Source: Acidimicrobiales bacterium
GTDB taxonomy: Bacteria > Actinomycetota > Acidimicrobiia > Acidimicrobiales > DATKAS01
Assembly: GCA_035497855.1 (NCBI GenBank)
Contig: DATKAS010000268.1
Span: 1-40,906 of the forward strand
Reading direction: 5' to 3'
Length of the DNA: 40,906 nucleotides
The notes beneath the pieces are model-generated. The model saw nothing but the letters and a program-made list of their open reading frames with translations, was not told the origin of the DNA and made no database searches. The translations under genes and the position numbers were made by a program. Below are positions 33,582-40,906 of this stretch, in pieces. The first letter of the stretch is position 1; each line of letters begins with the position of its first letter.

Positions 33582-34556
33582 GTGCTGCCGATCGCGCTCG
33601 ATGCGGTCGGAGGTGATCGCGCTCCCGATGAGGTGATCGCAGGCGCCCGCGCGGCCGTCGACGACCTGGGCGTGCCCGTGCTGCTCGTCGGGCCCGAAGA
33701 CGTCGTTGCCGAGAGCGGGTTCCCGTTCATCGTCGCGACCGAGATCATCGGGATGGGCGACGACGGCGCGCAGGGGGTGCGGCGCAAGAAGGACTCGTCG
33801 CTGGTCCGTGCCGCGGAGGCGGTGCGAGACGGGAAGGCGTCGGCCATGGTCAGCGCCGGCAACACGGGCGCGACGATGGCGAGCGCACTGCTCCGCATGG
33901 GTCGCATCCGTGGCGTGTCCCGCCCTGCGATCGCCACACCGCTCCCTGTTCCGGGCGAGACCCCGACGATCCTGCTCGACGCCGGCGCGAATGCCGAGTG
34001 CCAGCCGGAGTGGCTCGTGCAGTTCGCCCAGATGGGCACGGTGTTCTCGCGCCAGCGCTTCGGCGTCGCGAAGCCCCGCGTCGGCCTCCTCTCGATCGGG
34101 GAGGAGGCGTCGAAGGGTTCGAGCTTCGTGAAGGAGGTGCACCACCTCCTCGAGGGCGCACCGGGTGTGCACTTCATCGGCAACGTGGAAGGGCACGACG
34201 TCGCCACCGATGCCGCCGACGTCGTCGTGACCGATGGCTTCAGTGGCAATGTCGTGCTGAAGACGCTCGAGGGCGGCCTCGAGGTGATCCTCGGAGTCAT
34301 CCGTGCCGGTCTGTCGTCGACGCCCGAGACGCAAGCCGCAGCCGAAGTGCTCGCGCCCGTGCTCGAGCCGCTGTTCGACTACATGGAGCCGGAGACGACC
34401 GGCGGCGCGATCCTCCTCGGCGTCGATGGGGTGTGCATCATCTCCCACGGTCGCTCGTCGGCCCGTGCCGTCACCAACGCGATCGCGCTCGCGCGGGAGA
34501 TGGTCTCGGGTGACATCGTCGGAGGACTTCGCGCTGCGATCGCCTCTCCCGCGTGA
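33582..34556 (+). CDS. plsX: phosphate acyltransferase PlsX
   Basis: 324 aa. IALDAVGGD, SAGNTGA and DGFSGNVVLK blocks. Conserved rpmF-plsX linkage. Confidence 0.92.
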   Translation: MLPIALDAVGGDRAPDEVIAGARAAVDDLGVPVLLVGPEDVVAESGFPFIVATEIIGMGDDGAQGVRRKKDSSLVRAAEAVRDGKASAMVSAGNTGATMASALLRMGRIRGVSRPAIATPLPVPGETPTILLDAGANAECQPEWLVQFAQMGTVFSRQRFGVAKPRVGLLSIGEEASKGSSFVKEVHHLLEGAPGVHFIGNVEGHDVATDAADVVVTDGFSGNVVLKTLEGGLEVILGVIRAGLSSTPETQAAAEVLAPVLEPLFDYMEPETTGGAILLGVDGVCIISHGRSSARAVTNAIALAREMVSGDIVGGLRAAIASPA

Positions 34557-34703
34557 GGGTCCTGCTCACGGCTGTCAAGCACGAAAGAGACGCAAAGCCA
34601 TCGAAACGGCGTGAGCCATCCGCCGAAGATTTCCGAGACCCGGTACAGTGACGGCACCGACGCCTTGCACCCGGCCAATGCCGTTTACCCCGGAGGGGAG
34701 CGC

Positions 34704-35006
34704 GTGCCCGCCGAGACCCACGTAGAACGAGCGCCGCTCGACCGTCAGGCCGTGTTCGAGCTGGTCCGCGATCGTCTCGCCGACATCCTCGAGATCGACC
34801 CCGGCTCGATCACCGAGAGCGCCTCGTTCGCCGACGACCTCGAAGCCGACTCCCTCGCGTTGATCGAGCTCGTCGAAGCGCTCGAGGAGGAGCTGAGCGA
34901 GCGAGCGGTCGGCTTCCGCATCGAAGACGAAGACCTCGAAGACCTGAAGACCGTGCGCGATGCGGTCGACTACGTCTACGGCAGGGTGGGCGAAGGCTCT
35001 GGTTGA
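34704..35006 (+). CDS. acpP: acyl carrier protein
   Basis: GTG at 34704 is preceded by ggagggga. The phosphopantetheine attachment motif is DLEADSL, and the helix II region is acidic. 100 aa, about 12 aa longer at the N-terminus than typical ACPs. Confidence 0.85.
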   Translation: MPAETHVERAPLDRQAVFELVRDRLADILEIDPGSITESASFADDLEADSLALIELVEALEEELSERAVGFRIEDEDLEDLKTVRDAVDYVYGRVGEGSG

Positions 35007-35733
35007 TCAGCCCGCGATCGAGGTGCTTCGGCACCGGATCGGGCATGAGTTCGCGGACCCTGCCCTGCTCGTGCAGGCACTCGCCCATCGGTCGTGGTGC
35101 GCTGAGCAGGCGACTCCCGGCCAACCGCCTCCGCCGTCGAACGAACGGCTGGAGTACCTCGGTGACGCGGTGCTCGGCGCCATCGTTGCCGACCACGTGT
35201 ACCTCGAGTACCCACAGCTCCTCGAGGGTCGCCTCACCGACGCGCGGAAGTCGGTCGTGAACGCGACCGCGCTGGCAGCCGTCGCCACCCGGCTCGGCGT
35301 CGGCCCCGCGCTGCTGCTCGGGCGAGGCGAGACGGCCGCGGGTGGGCGCGAGAAGACGTCGATCCTGTCCGACGCGCTCGAAGCAGTGATCGCGGCGGTG
35401 TACCTCGATGGCGGTTGGGAGTCGGCGCGCGCGTTCGTGCTGCGCGAAGTCGGCGACGACATCGCGGCCTCGGTCGCCGGAGTCGGCGGGCACGACTACA
35501 AGAGCCTTCTGCAGGAGCTCTCGGGCCGCCGTGGCCTCGGTTCGCCGCGCTACGACATCGCCGAGACCGGTCCTGACCATGCGAAGGTCTTCACCGCACG
35601 GGTGACGCTCGGGCTCGTCGTGCACGGCGAAGGCTCTGGGCGGTCGAAGAAGCAGGCCGAGCAGGCTGCCGCCCACGTCGCGTACCACGACCTGCGCGAG
35701 CGAGCCGGAGACCGGCTGGCCGACCATGCCTGA
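34960..35733 (+). CDS. rnc: ribonuclease III
   Basis: Signature NERLEYLGDAVLG and the C-terminal dsRBD (KS.LQE...P.Y......GPDH.K.F...V). The start is ambiguous. ATG 34960 overlaps acpP by 46 bp, while GTG 35023 gives the usual N-terminus (VLRHRIGHEFADPALLVQALAHRS). Confidence 0.88.
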   Translation: MRSTTSTAGWAKALVDQPAIEVLRHRIGHEFADPALLVQALAHRSWCAEQATPGQPPPPSNERLEYLGDAVLGAIVADHVYLEYPQLLEGRLTDARKSVVNATALAAVATRLGVGPALLLGRGETAAGGREKTSILSDALEAVIAAVYLDGGWESARAFVLREVGDDIAASVAGVGGHDYKSLLQELSGRRGLGSPRYDIAETGPDHAKVFTARVTLGLVVHGEGSGRSKKQAEQAAAHVAYHDLRERAGDRLADHA

Positions 35734-36559
35734 GCTCCCCGAAGTCGAGACGATCAAGCGCGACCTCGAGCGCGAGGTGGTGGGCAAGCGCATCAAGACC
35801 GTCGAGGTGTCGGGCACGCGGTCGATCCGACGCGGCACGAAGAAGCAGTTCATCGGTCGCCTCGAAGGGGCGAAGGTCACCGGCGTCCAACGCCGGGGCA
35901 AGTACCTCCTGTTGAAGATGGACACCGGCGATCTGCTCGTCGTGCACCTGCGGATGAGCGGTCAGCTCTTGAAGGCTGTCGCGAAGGATCCGGTGGCGAA
36001 GCACACCCACGTCACCCTGACCTTGCAACCGGCGGGGCAGCTGCGGTTCGTCGATCCCCGCACGTTCGGTGAGATGTTCGTGAGTGATCCCGATCACCTC
36101 GCCGAAGACGCGCCCGAGCTGGCCGAGCTCGGGTTCGATCCGCTGGACGAGCCCATCTCGTGGATCGACTTCGGTCGCAAGCTCCTCGCGAAGCCCGTGC
36201 AGCTGAAGGCGTTCCTCATGGATCAGCACCTCATCGCCGGCATCGGGAACATCTACAGCGACGAGATCCTGCACGCTGCGGGGCTGCGCTACGACCGCAT
36301 GAGCGACACGCTCACCACGCAGGAGATCCGTCGCCTCTACCGCGCCGTCGTCGAGATCGTGCACGAGGCCGTCAAGCATCGCGGGTCGTCACTCGCAGAC
36401 GAGCAGTACCGCGACCTGTTCGGGCGGGTCGGCGCGTACCAGAACGAGCATCAGGTGTACGGACGAGAAGGCTTGGCGTGCAAGCGCTGCCGGGGCACGA
36501 TCGAACGAGCGAAGTACCAGGGCCGTTCCACCTTCTACTGCCCCAGCTGCCAGGTCTGA
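35726..36559 (+). CDS. mutM: formamidopyrimidine-DNA glycosylase
   Basis: N-terminal MPELPEVE, H2TH region, and C-terminal zinc finger CKRC...CPSCQ. 277 aa. Overlaps the rnc stop by 8 bp. Confidence 0.92.
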   Translation: MPELPEVETIKRDLEREVVGKRIKTVEVSGTRSIRRGTKKQFIGRLEGAKVTGVQRRGKYLLLKMDTGDLLVVHLRMSGQLLKAVAKDPVAKHTHVTLTLQPAGQLRFVDPRTFGEMFVSDPDHLAEDAPELAELGFDPLDEPISWIDFGRKLLAKPVQLKAFLMDQHLIAGIGNIYSDEILHAAGLRYDRMSDTLTTQEIRRLYRAVVEIVHEAVKHRGSSLADEQYRDLFGRVGAYQNEHQVYGREGLACKRCRGTIERAKYQGRSTFYCPSCQV

Positions 36560-36650
36560 GCCTTCCTCGTCGCTGTGCTCGACAATCGGTGCTGCGCGCC
36601 GTTCACCATGCACCGAGGGCTCCGAATGCTCCGTTAGCGTCGGTCCAGCC

Positions 36651-39600
36651 ATGTTCTTGCGATCGCTGACCCTCAAGGGGTTCAAGTCCTTCGCCGACAC
36701 CACGTCGCTCGACCTCGAACCCGGGGTCACCGTCGTGGTCGGTCCGAACGGCAGCGGCAAGTCGAACGTCGTCGACGCGATCGCGTGGGTCCTCGGTGCG
36801 CAGGCGCCGAGCGCAGTGCGCAGCCAGAAGATGGACGATGTCATCTTCGCGGGCACGGCGAAGCGACCGGCGCTCGGTCGGGCCGAGGTCACGTTGACGA
36901 TCGACAACACTGCGGGCCTCCTCCCGATCGCGTTCACCGAGGTGACGATCAGCCGCACGCTGTTCCGCAGCGGCGACAGCGAGTACGCCATCAACGGCGT
37001 GCCCTGCCGGCTGCTCGACGTGCAAGAGATGCTGTCCGACACCGGCGTCGGTCGACAGCAGCACGTCATCGTGTCGCAGGGCCAGATCGACGCGGTGCTG
37101 AACGCTCGGCCGGAAGACCGGCGGGCGATCATCGAGGAGGCTGCAGGGGTCCTCAAGTACCGGCGTCGCAAGGAGAAGGCCGAACGGCGGCTCGAGGCGA
37201 CGGAGGCGAGCCTGCTGCGGCTGCAAGACCTGCTGCGTGAGGTGCGCCGCCAGCTCAAGCCACTCGAGCGACAGGCCGACGCGGCGCGGCGACACGGCGA
37301 CCTCGTCGCAGAGCTGGGGACGCTGCGCCTCCACCTCGCCGGCCGCGAGATCTCCAGCCTGCGCTCGCGCCTCGAGAACGCGGCGCGGGATCGGGGCTCG
37401 CTCGGGCAGCAGGAGACAGCGCTCAAGGGCGAGCTGGCTGCGCTCGACACCGAGGTGCTCACGACACAAGCGCGGCTGGCAGCGCTCGGCGGCTCAGACG
37501 TCAGCGACAGCCTCGTGCGCTTCGAGTCGATGCGTGAGCGCGCCCGCGGGCTCATGGCGCTGCTCTCGGAGCGGCGCCGCGGCGTCGAGCGGGATCGAGG
37601 AGGCTTGCTCGACGCGGACCTCGTGGCGTCGCTCGAGGCCGAGGCGGCGCACGTCGCACACGAGCTGGTCGAGGTCGAAGCCCTGGCCCGCGCGCTCGTG
37701 CCCGAGGCGGACCGGGTCGCGCAAGCGGAGGCGGCGCTGGCCGCGGAGCGGGCAACGTTCGTGGCGGACGGGCCGCTCCCCGAATTCGGAGCCACACCGC
37801 AGCGCGCCGGCGAGGTGCGCGGCGAGCTGGCGGCGCGGCGAGCGACCATCGAGCGAACGGTGGGCGAGCTGGCTCGCGTCGAAGCACGGCTCGCGGCGAT
37901 CGAAGCCCGGACGGCGCAGCTCGCCGCCGATGCCGGGTTGCACCGCCGCTCGTGCGAGCAGGCCGAGGAGGCGGAACGGCCGCTGGTGGCTCGGCTGCAA
38001 CGTGCTGAGGGCGCGCACGCGAGCGCCGAGGCCGAGCTCGCGCTCGCACAGGAGGAGCACCGCGCCGCCGACGCTGACCGCCACGTGTGGTCTGCTCGCG
38101 TGGACGCCCTCGCGTTGGCGCTCGACGAGAGCGGAAGGCGCGCGCGCTGGCGTGCGGTCGATGGAGCCGTCGGTGCGCTCATCGATCTCGTCGAGGTCGA
38201 CGACGGCTGGCAGGGCGCGTTCGAGGCCGCGGTGGGCGAAGCATTGAATGCGGTCGTTGTCGAAGGCACGGCTGCCGCGCGTCGCGCCCTCCACGCCCTC
38301 AGCACCGACGGCGATGCGGGAGCAGTGCTCGCGGTGGTCGGCGAGCGCCCCCTCCCGGCGCTGAGCTCGCCGTTGCGGGCGCACGTCCGATCGCCGGTCC
38401 CGCTCGTCGAGTCGCTCCTCGACGCGTTGCTCGCCTCGGTCATCGTCGTGGATGGCGGATGGGAGCGCGCGATGGAGGCATCGCTCGCGCGCCCCGATGC
38501 CGTTGTCGTCACGCCCGAGGGGGATCGCTTCTCGTCGAGCGGATGGCGCATCGGTGCCGCTCGGTCACAGATCACGGTCGCGGCGCTGGACGAGGCCCGC
38601 CACCGCGCCGCGGCGGCGGCCGAACGAGCCACGACTGCAGCGTCGCGCGTCGCGGCGGCCACGCTCTCGGTCGAGAGCGCGGCGCACGAGCGAGCGCGGA
38701 TCGAAAGCGAGCTCGAGGAGAACGACGCCCGGCTCAACGCGGCTGCGGACGGGCTCGCCCGCGTGCAAGCGGCGCAACGCGAGGTCGACACCGAAGCGCA
38801 CGCGCTGCACGCGCATCACGACGCACTCGCCGAGTCGGTCTCCGCCGAGCACAGCCGCACCGCTGAGCTCGAAGCGGTGCTCCCCGCGCTCGAGGCCGAC
38901 GAAGAAGCCGACGTGAGCCGCGCCCGGTCGGCCCACGCCGCGCGAGCTCGCCTCGACGAGAAGTCGCGGGCGGTCGCCGCGCTGCGCACGCACCTCGAGG
39001 TGCAGGTCGCCGGACTCGACGAGCGCCGCCAGATGCTCCGCCGGCGCCGCGACGAGGTCGAGGGAAGGCTCGAGGCCGACGCGGCGGAGCGAGAGCGGGC
39101 CGCAGCCCGACGCGAGAAGCTCGAGCGCAAGCTCGGCGTGCTCGATCGCCTCGCTGCCGTGCTCGCCTCGGCGTCGGCGACGATCGACGGCGAGCTCGCT
39201 CACCTGCACGAGGACCGGCGTCGGCAGTCTGAGGAGTCGCGAGCGATCGCCGCCGCACTGGACGATCAGCGCCTGCGCCGCACCGATGCAGAGCGCAAGC
39301 TCGAAGAGGTCCGCGAGCGGTCACGTCGGGCAGAGCTCGACGAGGCGGAGATCACACTGCGGCTCGAGTCAGCGATCGAGTCCGTGCGCAACGACCTCGA
39401 CAAAGAGCCCGAAGCGGCGATCGCCACCGAGTGCCCGCCACTCCCTGAGGGAGTGACGGCTCACGCCCGCGTCCGCGAGCTCGAGCGCGAGCTCCGTCTT
39501 ATGGGGCCGATCAACCCGCTCGCGCTGCAGGAGTTCGAGGCGTTGGAGGAGCGTCATCGCTTCCTCGAGTCGCAGCTCGACGATGTGCGGTCGACGCGGC

Positions 39601-40106
39601 GCGACCTGTCGCGCGTCATCCGAGCGATCGACGGCGAGATCGTGTCGGTGTTCGCCTCGGCGTTCGCGGACGTGGCGTCGAACTTCGAGTCGCTCTTCTC
39701 CACGCTCTTCCCCGGAGGCCAGGGCTCGCTGCGCCTCACTGATCCCGAGCACCTGCTCGACACAGGGATCGAGGTCGAGGCTCGCCCGTCCGGGAAGAAC
39801 GTGCGCAAGCTCTCGCTGCTCTCAGGCGGCGAACGCTCGCTCACCGCACTCGCGTTCCTCTTCGCAGTGTTCCGCAGCCGCCCCTCGCCTTTCTACGTGA
39901 TGGACGAGGTCGAGGCCGCGCTCGACGACGTGAACCTGCACCGGTTCCTCGACCTCGTGCACGAGTTCCGCGAGGAGGCGCAGCTGCTCATCGTGAGCCA
40001 CCAGAAGCGAACGATGGAGGCCGCGGACTGCTTGTTCGGCGTGACGATGCAACCCGGTGGGTCGTCCAAGGTCGTCAGCGAGAAGGCCGCGCTCCACACC
40101 CCCTGA
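36651..40106 (+). CDS. smc: chromosome segregation protein SMC
   Basis: 1151 aa. MFLRSLTLKGFKSF, Walker A GPNGSGKSN, long Ala/Glu/Arg coiled coils, a hinge region, the signature LSGGERSL, and Walker B FYVMDEVEAALD. Confidence 0.93.
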   Translation: MFLRSLTLKGFKSFADTTSLDLEPGVTVVVGPNGSGKSNVVDAIAWVLGAQAPSAVRSQKMDDVIFAGTAKRPALGRAEVTLTIDNTAGLLPIAFTEVTISRTLFRSGDSEYAINGVPCRLLDVQEMLSDTGVGRQQHVIVSQGQIDAVLNARPEDRRAIIEEAAGVLKYRRRKEKAERRLEATEASLLRLQDLLREVRRQLKPLERQADAARRHGDLVAELGTLRLHLAGREISSLRSRLENAARDRGSLGQQETALKGELAALDTEVLTTQARLAALGGSDVSDSLVRFESMRERARGLMALLSERRRGVERDRGGLLDADLVASLEAEAAHVAHELVEVEALARALVPEADRVAQAEAALAAERATFVADGPLPEFGATPQRAGEVRGELAARRATIERTVGELARVEARLAAIEARTAQLAADAGLHRRSCEQAEEAERPLVARLQRAEGAHASAEAELALAQEEHRAADADRHVWSARVDALALALDESGRRARWRAVDGAVGALIDLVEVDDGWQGAFEAAVGEALNAVVVEGTAAARRALHALSTDGDAGAVLAVVGERPLPALSSPLRAHVRSPVPLVESLLDALLASVIVVDGGWERAMEASLARPDAVVVTPEGDRFSSSGWRIGAARSQITVAALDEARHRAAAAAERATTAASRVAAATLSVESAAHERARIESELEENDARLNAAADGLARVQAAQREVDTEAHALHAHHDALAESVSAEHSRTAELEAVLPALEADEEADVSRARSAHAARARLDEKSRAVAALRTHLEVQVAGLDERRQMLRRRRDEVEGRLEADAAERERAAARREKLERKLGVLDRLAAVLASASATIDGELAHLHEDRRRQSEESRAIAAALDDQRLRRTDAERKLEEVRERSRRAELDEAEITLRLESAIESVRNDLDKEPEAAIATECPPLPEGVTAHARVRELERELRLMGPINPLALQEFEALEERHRFLESQLDDVRSTRRDLSRVIRAIDGEIVSVFASAFADVASNFESLFSTLFPGGQGSLRLTDPEHLLDTGIEVEARPSGKNVRKLSLLSGGERSLTALAFLFAVFRSRPSPFYVMDEVEAALDDVNLHRFLDLVHEFREEAQLLIVSHQKRTMEAADCLFGVTMQPGGSSKVVSEKAALHTP

Positions 40107-40114
40107 CACGGCGA

Positions 40115-40136
40115 GATCGGGCACTCCGGCCCGATC
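40115..40136 (+). terminator. 8-bp perfect stem-loop (gatcgggc-actccg-gcccgatc) just after smc; possible terminator or processing hairpin
   Basis: Read directly. It begins 8 nt after the smc stop. There is no U-tract, so function is uncertain. Confidence 0.25.
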
Positions 40137-40174
40137 CGGGCAGCAGCGTCGCCCGAAGATAAGTTGGCTGGGCC

Positions 40175-40906
<732 letters not shown>

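Noticed and set aside
34611-34703. The longer 131-aa version of the acyl carrier protein
   Set aside because: The upstream extension has atypical composition. GTG 34704 has a strong ggagggga SD sequence and gives a near-normal ACP length.

Overview
High-GC, very gene-dense chromosomal segment that looks like Actinomycetota core genome. Lineage markers include CarD, a fused E1/E2 Kgd/OdhA, an F420-type LLM oxidoreductase, a PIG-L/MshB-like deacetylase, frequent GTG/TTG starts, 4-bp start/stop overlaps, and many starts preceded by a TANNNT hexamer 6-8 nt upstream (leaderless-type). I support about 46 protein genes. They cover translation and central metabolism (ettA, kgd, galT-galK, pckG) and DNA repair (xthA, a UvrD2-like helicase with HRDC tail, recG, mutM). 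There is also a long conserved housekeeping block: recG / carD / rsmD-coaD-(coiled-coil)-yceD-rpmF-plsX-acpP-rnc-mutM-smc-ftsY. By eye I found no tRNA, rRNA, CRISPR array, transposase, integrase or recognisable defence or toxin-antitoxin module, so most of the window is ordinary. The one real anomaly is the only large non-coding gap, 14966-15685 (about 720 bp between the helicase and a zincin-like gene). It holds a 17-nt tandem repeat that builds three chained 5-codon mini-ORFs directly in front of the helicase AUG. It also holds about 520 bp of GC-rich sequence with no credible ORF, and a helically phased head-to-tail array of DnaA-box-like 9-mers next to a locally AT-richer patch. Secondary points of interest are a Regnase/Zc3h12a-like NYN RNase fused to an S1-like domain and a histone-H1-like AKKA tail, extremely compact back-to-back leaderless promoters, an unlisted 55-aa zinc-ribbon ORF, a Met-repeat mini-lipoprotein, and a translationally coupled four-gene cassette of unclear pathway. 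All functional calls rest on motif and family recognition from the translated ORFs. No database search or RNA folding was possible, so start codons and all regulatory or RNA proposals are hypotheses.
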